Below, in pieces: positions 12,061 through 24,560 of a DNA stretch of 64,000 nt (its first letter is position 1; each line of letters starts with the position of its first letter). The position numbers and the translations under genes were made by a program. The DNA is taken from NCBI GenBank assembly GCA_024704765.1, contig JAKMXF010000343.1, positions 558,001 through 622,000 of the forward strand, read 5' to 3'. This DNA is from Oopsacas minuta. Taxonomy: Eukaryota > Animalia > Porifera. The notes under the pieces are model-generated. The model saw only the letters and a list, made by a program, of their open reading frames with translations, had not been told where the DNA came from and ran no database searches.

Positions 12061-13587
12061 ACCTGTTGTACGTTTTGCGTAAGTGATTTATTACAGATGT
12101 ATAAAGCTATGTTAAATCCCTCCTCTGCTAATTAGGATCCTCCTTGATGAGGATGTTTGCTGAAGACATTCACTAAAGCTGTTCACTTTTTTCTGTAAGC
12201 TATTTCCATATTGCTAGTTTCACACAGTATATAAGTAATTAATTACATTACGACTGTTTCAATGATATTTTTGCAGACGGCATTTTTGATTCATTTGGTA
12301 CTGTAATAGGATATACAATAAAATTGAGTTACATGTTTGTGAGTGTGGTAGACAGGTATGCACCAAATCATAAGCTTAATGCTTTACCCAAGACATACTT
12401 CTAAGTTTCCAATGGCTGGTATTTAGACTAACATACAAGTGTTGGATACAGAAAATCGCATCGTGTCATTCTTGTTGGTAAATATGGTGGGCTTTACATT
12501 TGCTATGAATGGACAAGACGGCCAGTTCTGAACTTGGATCTCTGTCTCAAATTGATGAACTTCAAGTACTTTCAAGCAATACTATCCATGTATGCCTGTA
12601 CTTGGTCAGGACTCATAAACTCTTATTCAAAATATACTCACGTTAGTTCTCGAAGTAATACAATATGCCTTATACTTCTATTTTAAAAATATTTATTGCT
12701 TTCCAAAAGTATGGCAAAAGGGCTTTCGAGATATTTCACGAGAATATAATAACCGTCATTTTATTAATAACACTACGTAATTATACCAAAAACTTAGAAT
12801 TGGCGAGAATATTTTAATCAAATTACAAGATATAACTAAAGAGCATGATAATATCAAGCTAATCTACACGGAAATCTAATAAACTGAGAATATCTAAATC
12901 TAAAGCCAACTATCTCAATGAAATCTAATGCACACATTATAATCTACGAATATTAAAATGTAAGAGCCTTTGGCTCGTCGCTTCATGATGATGACGGCGT
13001 ATTGCGCCTCGAGGACTTCAACCGACAAACAAACGGACAAACAACAATTGAGATTTAATAATATTGATGTTGTTTACAATATTCAGACTCAGTATACTCA
13101 ATTACCCCAGTATAGTCATTGAAAGTATGATTCCACCACCTCAATTTTGAAATTTGTTTACTTTATATTCATAAAAACAACAATAAATTGACATATGGGA
13201 AACTTGAAATGCGAATTTCTGGCTCAGCGTACTTAGTTACTCCTGGATAGCCGTTTAGAGGAAGCCTGTGCTCATATTTTGAGATTTGGATAATTTGATT
13301 ACTTTATTTTCATACAAGGGTTGTTCAATAAAATGATACTTTTTTTCATAATTTATACAGTAAACCTATACTTATCATAATTGATTATCAAATGTTTCGA
13401 TAAATTCCCCCTTTAACTTTATACATCGTTTCCATCGTTCTGGTAACTTTTCCAGCCCAGTGGTATAGAATTCTTTAGGGGTCCCTTTTTCCCACTGTTG
13501 TATTTCGTACTCCAGCCGTTTGAAATCCTCAAATCTCTTCCCTCGAAAGGGTCTCTTCGTCTCTCCAAACAGCCAGTAGTCGCTGGG

Positions 13588-14332
13588 CTGAGATGGAACA
13601 TGTCAGCTTTTTCATGACCCGACCCGACCGGTCTGGTTTAAAACTCGACTCGACCCGACCGGCCGGTCGACCGGTCGACTGACAACTTTGACTATACACT
13701 GCCTAGCCAAAAGTATTGGAACACCCTGCCACTTGTGACACAAGTGGCACACGGCGAGAATATATTGAATATTCTGTGGATATAGCAGTAAGTAGAAAAT
13801 CTCTTTTGGTCAAGGTTGATAAATTAATATTTATTAATAATTTTCAATAATTTGTCTATAACTAATGTGGCATTTATATTGGTGTCATGTGCTAATAGTG
13901 GCCCTGGCGTTCGAATACTTTTGGCCAGGCAGTATATAGTGGTTGATTATACACATATATCCCATTTAATGCAGAAATATAGAAAAGATAGAAATATTGA
14001 AATGTTGACTAATAAAGAAATTTTGAAAATATAGAATATGTGAGGAATTTTACGGCCAAAGTCCGTTTAACGTTGCCTCCTTTAGCACAACTAGGCTTTC
14101 AACGGTAGATCCGGACAAATTACTCCTCTTCGAGTCCAGGGTAGCACCACCAATACTGAAATGGCGTTCGCTTTCTACAGAGGAGGCAGGAATTACATAG
14201 ATCTTACGTGCCAGTTGTGACAGACATGGGTAATATGATCACAGTATCAAATTCAGATTTACCATATTCAGAAATTATGACCGGCCGGTCGAGATTTTCG
14301 ACCGGTACCCGACCCGACCGGTTCCATCTCTG
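13588..14332. mobile_element. 745-bp hAT-type MITE
   Basis: 8-bp TSD tcgctggg (13580-87 and 14333-40); TIR ctgagatggaac/gttccatctctg; subterminal gacccgaccgg repeats; empty site in right arm. Confidence 0.88.
13697..13934. mobile_element. Tc1-type MITE nested in the hAT MITE
   Basis: TA flanks; TIR cactgcctagccaaaagtattggaac versus gttcgaatacttttggccaggcagta. Confidence 0.8.
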
Positions 14333-16180
14333 TCGCTGGGAGCCAGGCCTGTACTATACGAGGGATGAGGAAGGCATTCGAATCCTAAGTCGTCAATTGA
14401 AGCCATTGTCTTGAGGCTTACATGGGGCCTTGCGTTGTCATGTTGCAGCAATACGCCACGTGTCAACTTGCCTCTCCTCTCATGTTTAATCGCTTGACGT
14501 AATTCTTTCAATTCATCAACGTAATGCTCACTGTTTATGGTGGTCTTCTCAGGCAACCAGTCGAAGTGTATAATTCCTTCCCTATCCCAAAATATTGTTG
14601 CCATTCTTTTGTCATCTTATCTCTTATTATTTGTGTTCCTATCAAGGTTGAAACCGCTCGAAACGAATATCAGTATCCATGAATAGTAGTCTAACCGAAT
14701 ACTGATATTCGGTTGCAACCTTGGTTTCTATCAATTGAGATTTAGCGATGATAATACTGTATTCCCCTATTCAGAGCATATTTAAACTGGTGATTCATGC
14801 CAGGTCGCGAAGGGAGGCATAAGGGGCAATGCCCCCTGATAAACTGGGGAGTGGTTTCAAAACCTAATATTCTAGGGATCAGAATCTAGTACTAGGTAAG
14901 AATACTTACATATTTATTTATTAGGTTGTTGATACTAAATACTATAGAACTCGTATAAGACGTACGGCCTCGGGAATAAAACTTAGTTCGTCTAAACTAG
15001 CGTACGTCTTATCTGAATTCTACTCTACGAATTTTATCTAGTATTGAGTTTTTATGTCTTGTAGTGAAATGTTCTTTCCTATTAATTTTGTTATTAGGCG
15101 TTATATCTACTATGCCAGGTGTTTAATATAGTCAATACTAATAGCATATCTATGCAATAATGTATTTAGGTTAGTTAAAGGAACAATTTGAACTTCTGTG
15201 TCCTGTGGTTAATAAACTATAGTAAACTCTCGTAAGTTCTTAGAATCCTGGTTTCATTTGTCATTGAAATACTTTATACACCCTAACAACAACAACAACA
15301 ACATTCACAATACTTTGTTGACGCCATCATATTTGGAATCAGTGTATTCCATTACCTCAGAATACTCGTTGAAATCAAGTTTGTGAGACTATTTATGAAT
15401 TTATTTACTGTAAACAGTAAATCCTCGCAAATCCAAACAGCACTGTTCCAATTGTAAATTAATCGTTCGGATTAGTGAAATAATTTGTATAGCGATATGC
15501 ATATGAACAATACTATACCATAGAGAGTGGACATTTTTTCGAAATTTCTACAAACGATGTAAAGGTTGCAGAAATGCGTAATATAGCAATATATATTTAC
15601 CCAAAGTAGAACTACGCCTAGATACAATTAGTTATTTTTGAACATTTTAGAACGTTTTCTAAAGTTATATAAACCTTCGTACCTGTTCGGATTAACGCGG
15701 TTATACTGTATTCATAATAACAACTATAAATTTACGTATGATAAACTTAAAATGAGATATTCGGATTCAGTGTACTTACCTCATTGTAGCTGTTAAGAGC
15801 AAGTCTCTACTTATATTATGAGATTTCAACTAATTGTTTACTTTATACTCATAAAATCAACAACAAATTTACGAATTCAATACAACATTCCATAAATCCT
15901 TTCCTTGACAACTGACAAACAGACAAAAATGACAATTTAATAATATAAATATTCAGATTAATAGAGTTTAGTATAGCTATATATTCATTGAGTAACTAAT
16001 GAATTAGCTTGCTAGACATAGTTTCCAATCATGGGGTATACAGTATTGTATATAACTTGCCTATTGTAAGGATTCAGAACTCTTGTTCTGTTAATTATCC
16101 AAAATCTCTCGTGACAGAATACTTTCCAATAATATATAAACAGTAAATGAAGCATTATTGAATTTCCTATTTATAAAAAT

Positions 16181-17761
16181 ATGCAAAATGAAAATCCACT
16201 TCAATTCAACGCCCTAATCGGTTATCTCTATCATATTAACTTCATTATGGGCACAGGCTTTCTAGGTCTGCCATTCACTTTCTATTACGCAGGCGTGATA
16301 CCTGGTTTCTTAACTTTAACGCTTATTTCTATCACTACCTGTATTACATCATTATGGATGTTGGAGTCTATGGCTAGAACGAATGCATTGCATCATATAC
16401 GAGGCAGTGAAAGTGAGTTTATACAACAAGAATATCTAAATGGGTGCTATTATGAAATCTCAGAAACACGAAAGTTTGAGCTGACAGAAATAGGTGAAGT
16501 ACTATTTGGTCTCCCTGGTAAGATCCTCAATCTCCTAATTCTAACGTTATTTATCGCTATAACTCTCTGGAGTTATTCAGCGGTAGCAGCTACTGCATGG
16601 TCCATAAACATACATATTAACTCATCAATATTTGCTGAATGTAGACAAAATGATTTTTCTTTAACTTTTTTCCCTATGGAAGTACGCTGTGTTAATTTTT
16701 ACAGGATTTGTGTATCAGTATTCAGTATATTGGTGATGTTTCTGTCTTCATTAGAGTTGAATGAACAGAAATACATTCAGGCTACATTCGCGATTTTGAG
16801 ATATATAGCCTTCCTTTCAATCACAATTTTCTCTATCTATATTATCATATATAACGTTTACAACCCAAGCAACCCAATTCCATCTCAACTGCAAAGAGAA
16901 AATTCTAATACAGTAAATTTGTTGTTGAGGTTTGACATTCAAAAGTGGTTGGTTACTCTTCCAGTGATAGCATATGCTCTGAACTTAAATCACGGTATAT
17001 CTCCTTTGTCACATCCTATAGCACCAAAGAATCATCTCAAACCAATGTATATCATGGTTTTCATATCTTTATGGCTTGCATATGCAATTGTAGGATTAAC
17101 TGTATCAGTTGCCTTCTTGCATTTGGTGAATGAAAATGCTTCATTAAATTGGGCATATTTTGTATCTTTTCCGAATAGCATATTCGTGAGGACGATATCA
17201 TACTTTATTTTACTGTTTCCTTCATTAGATGTTCTGTCAATCTATGCCCTACTCGTCACCACAATATCGAACAATATATACTTAGTCGTAATGTGTAGAG
17301 ATACTTCTCAGGGTAGCTTCACAAGGTTGGATAGATTTGGGAAACTTTTGTTCCGGTTGATTATAGCATTTATACCATTAATAGGAAGTTTGTTCGTATC
17401 AAATTTGGTAGCATTACTAAAGATAGCTGGTTTAATTGCGTTAATATTGCAGTTTCTAATCCCTTGTGCTTCTCAAATCCAATCGAAACGTTTATGCAGA
17501 ATTGAACTTGAGAAATTTAGAAATGAATCATCACTCACAGTCACAAACAAAAGTTCACACATAATTGAAACAGATTCAGAGATTCAAAACATCACACACA
17601 AACAAAAAGCAATCACTGGGAAAATAGGAGAATTCTTATTCAATGTAGAAGCTAGAACATCCTTCTCAGGCTGGTATTCAAACAATATTACTATAATATT
17701 TGTCAGTATTGTTGGGGCTCTCTCCTTCTGCTGTGCATCCCTTAATATAGTATATTCATAA
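16181..17761 (+). CDS. Amino-acid transporter family (Aa_trans/AAAP), TMEM104-like, intronless
   Basis: 526 aa with many hydrophobic segments; N-terminal YLYHINFIMGTGFLGLPFTF motif of the Aa_trans family. Confidence 0.8.
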   Translation: MQNENPLQFNALIGYLYHINFIMGTGFLGLPFTFYYAGVIPGFLTLTLISITTCITSLWMLESMARTNALHHIRGSESEFIQQEYLNGCYYEISETRKFELTEIGEVLFGLPGKILNLLILTLFIAITLWSYSAVAATAWSINIHINSSIFAECRQNDFSLTFFPMEVRCVNFYRICVSVFSILVMFLSSLELNEQKYIQATFAILRYIAFLSITIFSIYIIIYNVYNPSNPIPSQLQRENSNTVNLLLRFDIQKWLVTLPVIAYALNLNHGISPLSHPIAPKNHLKPMYIMVFISLWLAYAIVGLTVSVAFLHLVNENASLNWAYFVSFPNSIFVRTISYFILLFPSLDVLSIYALLVTTISNNIYLVVMCRDTSQGSFTRLDRFGKLLFRLIIAFIPLIGSLFVSNLVALLKIAGLIALILQFLIPCASQIQSKRLCRIELEKFRNESSLTVTNKSSHIIETDSEIQNITHKQKAITGKIGEFLFNVEARTSFSGWYSNNITIIFVSIVGALSFCCASLNIVYS

Positions 17762-18439
17762 ATTGTTAGGTTAAGCTACTTTATAATATATACAATAGAT
17801 TGTCCGAATAACGGACACATTGGGCTTTTGTCCGTTATAGAGAATGTCCGCTTCTGAAGATGTTCTTTATTAAAATATAATTACCAATAAACTTCATTTG
17901 ATTGCAGTTTTATACTTATTAATTAATGGATTATGACGATATTTACATGATGATTAACACAATTAGCAAAGTACACATAGATAGATATGCAGCCTGTTAC
18001 AAATTCGAATCTTTAAATATATTCCCTTAACTGACTAATAATGATTTGGCTTGGAATATTTTAATATGACATGATATGAAATGGGAGTAAAGCTTCCCGA
18101 AACTTTACGATTTGCAATTTGAGCAGATTATAGTGTATTGTCATGACTTTGGATACCTCTATGATTCATAATATGTATATTAATTCTGGTGACGGGTGCT
18201 CCCCATCCACGCTATTCTGTACCACTTATATGAACCCAATGTTTACACTAACCAAATGAAAGAAATGTTGAAAACTTTGATACTGGACATTAACAAGGGG
18301 AACGCGGAATATGTTCTACAAGGAATGTAGGTTTATGTCCTACACCAATTCCAGACAATTCCTACACTGTTTACAAATAGAAAGTCTAGCTCTTATTCAA
18401 ACTAAAATATAATTGGAAAAAACCAATAATAAGATTGAA

Positions 18440-19620
18440 ATCTATATAATTAAATCTCAATTGTTGTTTTGTTTGTTTGTTTGTTTGTCCGTTGTCAAGG
18501 AAAGATTTACGGTATGCAATTTTGAAATTGCCTCATAACTATGTATTTATCGTGTTTATCAAGGAAGTAAATAGAATTCAATACAACTTTACTAAATATA
18601 TCTATCTATCTATCCAACATGCTGAATCCGATTTTCACACTTTTAGATTAATCATATGTAAATTTATTGTTGTTTTTATGAATATCATTTCTACAAATTA
18701 GCCAAATCTCCAATATACGCACAGGCTTCTTCTAAACGGCTACCCAGGGGTAACTAAGTACCACCTGCGTAAACTTCCTCAAAACACACAGAGTATCACG
18801 ACACTTTGTTCATTCCCTAGTAATATATTTTTCTGAATAAATGACAAGAAACAGCACCCTGGCCAACCTCCTCCAAGACTTAGCAACTCTGCTTAGGATG
18901 TATTTGACTCTTCCATCTACCTCTTGTGAAGCTGGAAGAAGTTTCCTGTGCTCCGAAGCCTGAAGAACTACATGAGGACGACGATGAGTCAAAACAGACT
19001 GAACCATTTGTGCATATTGTCTGTGTACAAGAACATCGTCGATACACTTGACCAATCATAGCTTGTTGATGAATTCGTAATGAGGAATGAGCAACGCCAG
19101 ACAAGATTTGATCTTGGGATGACAACAGACACTAAAAATAGGAAACCTTACTTGTCTTAATTTTTTGCGAAGAGAAAATTTTTTCGCTCGCCACCTACTA
19201 AATTGAGTTTGTGGTGTTAGTCCGGTTGGAAAATGCCAGATGCCAGACACCTTTGGCAGCATGGTATCACAGCCGCCCTCGTGTCTTAGCACCCGTCGCA
19301 CACCAAGTTTACGTCCCGATACTAAGTACGCTGAATCCGAATTTCGCATTTTCAAGTTTCTCTTATGTAAATTAATTGTTAAATTTATTGTTGTTTTTAT
19401 GACTATAAAATAAACAAATTTCAAAATTGGGGTAGAATCATGCTTTCAAAGATTATCCTGGGTTAATCGAGTATGCTGAGTCCCAATGTGGCATTATTTG
19501 TTTGTTTGTCCGTTGATATGTAAATATATTGTTGTTTTTATGGATATACAGTAAACAAATTAGCAAAATCTCAAAATTGATATAAATACTTGTCCTCATC
19601 GGCTATAAAGGGGGTTGATC
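18440..19620 (+). mobile_element. Composite Helitron-like repeat (mirror at about 40690..41855)
   Basis: Starts a|TCTATATAATTAAATCTCAATTG(TTTG)nTCCG, like Lep1-type Helitron 5' ends; hosts a mini-hAT. Confidence 0.5.
18762..19320 (+). mobile_element. Non-autonomous hAT derivative with C-terminal dimerisation-domain relic (mirror about 40975..41552)
   Basis: LLRMYLTLPSTSCEAGRSF/LKNYMRTTMSQNRLNHLCIL (frameshifted); imperfect TIRs; flanking direct repeat actaagtac. Confidence 0.8.
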
Positions 19621-20886
19621 TTACAAAATAATCGAATAACGTATGTGCTATATACGTATATTTGTGAATTACTTTGTTCGAAATATATCTATATCATAAT
19701 ACACAAAGGGACCGTCAATTTGGAGAATAATAGATACCCCTAGGCAATGCGCCGAGTTCATCGCGAAGCGACGAGCCAAAGGCTCATGCAAATATTTATT
19801 TATAGTTAACTTTGCAGATGAATGTAATTATCTCATGTGTTTCTCAGATTATTCTACAAATCACTACTTAGTCTACTTCAACTACACGTATTATTATGTA
19901 TATATCCCAGACATAGGGTTAATATATACAATGACGTCATTTGAGCTCTTAATGAGCATATTTTAATCTAAAATTACAACCTGTACTTAACCGATCGTTT
20001 AGTATGTTGATGTTTTATGGCACCAAATTGTTACCGATATATTATCACTAATAATCATTTTGTATCTTTCCTCACAACAACACTAATTGTCTCCTAAACA
20101 TTTGAGGAGGATTCTATTTGTATATATAATTGTTTCCTATATATATTACACACTCTCTTACATGTATAGTAACATAGGGTTGGTGAGGCTATGTGTCTAC
20201 CTATAATTCTACTATCTCCAAATAGAGACTAATAGAACAGTGTGTACATGGCCCACCAATCCTGTCATCATTGCACCAAGGGCCCTACCATTCAGGCCTG
20301 GCGGCAAGGATTTTTAAGTGGTCCGGTTAAACCGTAGTACCATTACAAAAGTAGTTCGGTTTAATCTCACTTCCCATAGAAACAGTATTAGCAGCCCCAA
20401 CAATTGACCAACCGGACCGGTAGCGCCGGCCCAGCCAATCTACTCCCGAAACTATGCCGCTGTATAGGAGTAACACACATTATACTTTCTTACATTTAGT
20501 TATTCAGAAACATATGGCAAAGGACTTCACCCCATGCCTGAAATACACCTGGATTAGCTAGACTGGAAGTTACTAGTGCTCAAGTTTTGGCAATCTATGT
20601 TCTCACTAAATAATTGCTTTGGAATTCAAAAACAAATGGGAACAAAGACAATCTGGACAGTTGAAAAGCATTGTAGGGTTCTATTTTTGGGTTCTCCCTA
20701 AATACGAAATTGAAATTCCTATTTCCGTCAAGCACCAGAGTTTTGTATAGCTCGCCCATTTAAAAGTTAGATTCCTGACATCATACACTTATCTATTCGC
20801 TGCACATATTTCAGTATAATATCTAACTTTTTCGCCTCAGAGTGCAATCACTAATGATTTACATATTTATGCATGTCATACAGCAA

Positions 20887-20958
20887 CAAGGCCGTAGACA
20901 ACTTTCAAACCTGAGGGAGGCTTTAGCCCCCAAGTCCACAACTTTGTCTACGGCCTTG
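20887..20958. repeat. 72-bp hairpin mini-element (also 22497..22568 and 39403..39474)
   Basis: 15-bp inverted ends caaggccgtagacaa/ttgtctacggccttg. Confidence 0.7.
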
Positions 20959-23402
20959 AACTATATAATACTAAATACTATGAATTAATGTTTATCCTAG
21001 CATTTGGGATCTCTGGACGAATAGAAATTATGCTAATTCACGAACTAGGACGAAGAGATGATTGATAAGTGGAGGGCGCTCCCTATTCAAGTTAAACTTT
21101 TGATAGAAAACCTTGGTGATAACAGCCCAAGGAACAGAAATAGATATTCGCCTCCCCCTTCCCCTTGAAATTCCTATTCGGGGCTACCCTCATCTTGCTA
21201 CCTGGGTCGAAGTTGATGAATGAGAGCAAAAAATAGTTTTGTTTCGGGCTGTTGTGGAATTTTATCTAAATTGAGGATAAATGCAATTATATAATTAAAG
21301 TTTAGTAATTAAACTTTGCAGATGAATGTACGTATCTTATTTGTAAAACAGATTATTCTACAAATCCCTACTTACTACTTAGTCTACTTCAAATGTAACA
21401 CGTGTATCACTTAACCCGGGGTCCGGTCTTGCTATCGAAGGCCCTGCAATTTTGGCCCACCTTCATTAATATCCATTGCATTTATAAGCGGGAGTGGTGT
21501 ATAATCATACCTCACACCATTGAAACACCTCTAATAGTGGGGAATTCTACTATAAATTTTCTTGAATAATCAATATTTATGCTAAATTTGGAAAATACAC
21601 TTATTTATCGGTATGATTGATTGAAATTTTTGATTTCTCAGAAGAAAATTTTGTACAAATTTTAATATTCAACCAACAAAGGGCAATTATAGTAATCAAA
21701 TATCATTGAAAAACAGTAGTTGGAAGAAGTGGCTAGGCATATGACTAAAAAATCTCTGGTTAAAGGACATTTGAAATTATAAATGGGAGTGGGGGTTATC
21801 AAAAGATTCGCAGCCCGCCTCCCCTATTTATAAAAGTTCTACTGTAAATAGGACCTTCCAGATAAAGCAATACATTTCCTCGATACATATACTATTGAGT
21901 TACCCAAAGGATTAATACACAACCTTATATTCTCTATTTTCTTGTGTTTTATAGAAAGCTCAATTCTTCCCAAAATAATTTTAGTATTTCCAAATGAAGA
22001 TAAGATACGACACCTCTGGTTGGAGGTTATTTACCTATGAACAGATACATGCTAATTCTGATGGAAATCTAAAATTCACATTTTTCATGGATTAGCTATA
22101 AATCGAGGAGGCTTATATATTTGTGCCCTTGTCCGAATGGATCCAATCCAATCTGTAATTCATTTCCAACATCACTATAAATCTAAGTGGTACTTGATAC
22201 GCGGGCGGTGTTGCCAGATAGATTGTTAGAAATTATGCTAAAATATTAATGAATTCTCCGCATTCTCTATCTAAGCTCAAATGTCCAAACCCCTCAACTT
22301 ATTATTTTGGCAAAGCAATAATGTCAACATATTAACCGCTACAAAATTATCAAATGTTATAGTATTACTTATACAATAATAATACCAAATTAATCAGCTC
22401 TACGTCCTAGTTCGTGAATTAGCATAGTTTCTATTCGTCCAGAGATCCCAAATGCTAGGATAAACATTAATTCATAGTATTTAGTATTATATAGTTCAAG
22501 GCCGTAGACAAAGTTGTGGACTTGGGGGCTAAAGCCTCCCTCAGGTTTGAAAGTTGTCCACGGCCTTGTTGCTGTATGGCATGCATAATTATGTAAATCA
22601 TTAATGATTGCACTCTGAGGCGAAAAAGTTAGATATTATACTGAAATATGTGCAGCGAATAGATAAGTGTATGATGGCAGAAATCTAACCTTTAAACGAG
22701 CGAGCGATACAAAACTCTGGCGTCCAGGGGAAATGTGTGCTCCTTCCAGGGACATCGCTAGGAGGGCGCGAAATAACCAAGGTGCCGGACGATAGGCAAG
22801 GTGTTCATAGGTTTACCAGGAGCATGCCCAGTGGCGGATCTATAAATTTCTAAGGTGCTGAACTGTGGCCCAATAAGTCAGGGGATCTTCTTCATCATAA
22901 TCTAATGCAACTCCACCATTGATATAGATATCGTACTCTTGCTGCAAGTCGAGCGTTGGACGCCCAATGAGCACTACAAGTTGGATGTTGTTCCGCATTG
23001 AACCAAAGAACGATATTTTTGAGGTGGTTCTTCTGTTTCTGGCTCGGCAATGAATTCTGAGATTGGAGACGTTGTTCCACTTGTTGGTGGAACAATGTCT
23101 TCGTCACATCTCGGATTTGCTTGTTCAGCTCTTTGTCGACCACAGCAGCCAGTAGAGGTAACTTAACCCTCTCAGTTAACTTCTCCAAGAGTTTGGTATA
23201 GCTCTCATTGGGGCGCTCAAGTGCCCCAATACATTCAACGAAATAGTATTTCATTAGAGAAGGTGATATATTCGACAAATTAAATATTGGTATTTTGGTA
23301 TTTGGTATAAACTATAAATACACGTGTGTATTGGGATCAACCGTTGAAGTTATAAAATTCCTATACGAAGTGTGAGATAGTTATCTAATAAATAAAAGGT
23401 AA

Positions 23403-24560
23403 TTACCTGTTGAAATCCAAATAACACAACTTAGAAGCATCTAACGCATTAATTGACATAATTATTTCAAGATTTGCATTAGAAAAACATTTGTCAAGTT
23501 CTCTAATGATCATTGGAATTACATCTGCTGTAAAAGACTGGCCAGAACTCATGCCCTCGAACTTGACTCCGACACCTTCGGTCGAAAAGAGAATCTTCAT
23601 AGTCAATTTATCTTCCGATCATAGAACACACTAATTTGGAATCTGTTAACAAACATATTCTATAGATATCTCAAGTAGTAATTGTTTTATAGCCAATATT
23701 TCTCCAACAATTCGTGTCCACTTGATTGAATTTTCTTGCATAGCTAAGTTCAAACCTATGCATTATAGATAACACCTCATGTAAAAACACCAAAGAGATT
23801 ACAAAGTTACCAGAATACATCTTGTGATGAAGTCTTGCTGCTGTATCATGTCTATTAGAATGAGATTGCGCAATTTCTTGAAGAGTAAACAACACAACTT
23901 GATTCTTTCAATATGGCATGCACTCCAAAATTTGCAAGATCACCAAACTTCGGTAATTTGTAGTACAGCCATTACTTTTGGTTAGGATATATTCTTTGTG
24001 TATTTTTCCGAACAGCTCTTAATTATTTGATAATTTGAAAATATTTGAAGCAATTTCTATGTATTAATAACAGAACTTACAGATTTGACTTGCTTAAAAT
24101 ATGCAGCTATCACTGAATTTAACGGTGAGCAGCACAGTGTATATAGATCGCTTCATGGTAGATTTCTTGAATTTTTGCAATTACACCGGAATGCTGTCCA
24201 CTCATGACCGCAGCTCCATCTTTACCAAGCGCTAACAATTTTGAAGTTCATCCCATCTCATTTCATGGCAGAATTACCCCTTTTTATATTATTCCGTCTG
24301 TATCTGTTTCAACAAGTCTAGTTAGACTGTAGAATCTCTCCATAATAACCATATTTATATTTCACCTAGGCCACAAAAGCAATCAGACTGCTTGTGTTTC
24401 CCACATTACAGTTTGAAACTTGAAAACACTCACTTAGAATTGAAACTGTTTGTAGCTCAAGAGAGATCAGAGATTCTTGCTGAGATTTTGGGGTATGAAA
24501 TAGGGATATAACTGGAGACGGTTTTTATACCGAGAAGTAATTATTAATTGTATATTGTCC
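23403..24560 (-). pseudogene. Degenerate hAT (ZMYM1/DUF4371-like) transposase
   Basis: DGAAVMSG...IYTHCAAHR; multiple stops; mirror of 37810..38615. Confidence 0.75.

Larger units (their letters stand above)
13315..14604 (-). mobile_element. 5'-truncated mariner transposase relic interrupted by nested MITEs
   Basis: HDNARPH...PHPSYSTGLAPSD; 3' part resumes near 13587; TA-caagggttgttcaataa terminus. Confidence 0.9.

Noticed and set aside
15285-15303. (AAC)n microsatellite, longer in the mirror arm at about 45038-45066
   Set aside because: Ordinary slippage; only shows the arms have diverged
18810-19055. Minus-strand ORF resembling a death domain (ILSRVAKSWRRLARVL)
   Set aside because: It is the antisense shadow of a clear plus-strand hAT dimerisation-domain relic
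19808-19870. Possible 6-nt microexon cag-ATGAAT-gt followed by a DYST-like exon (repeat at about 21312)
   Set aside because: The implied intron is only 24 nt, too short to be credible
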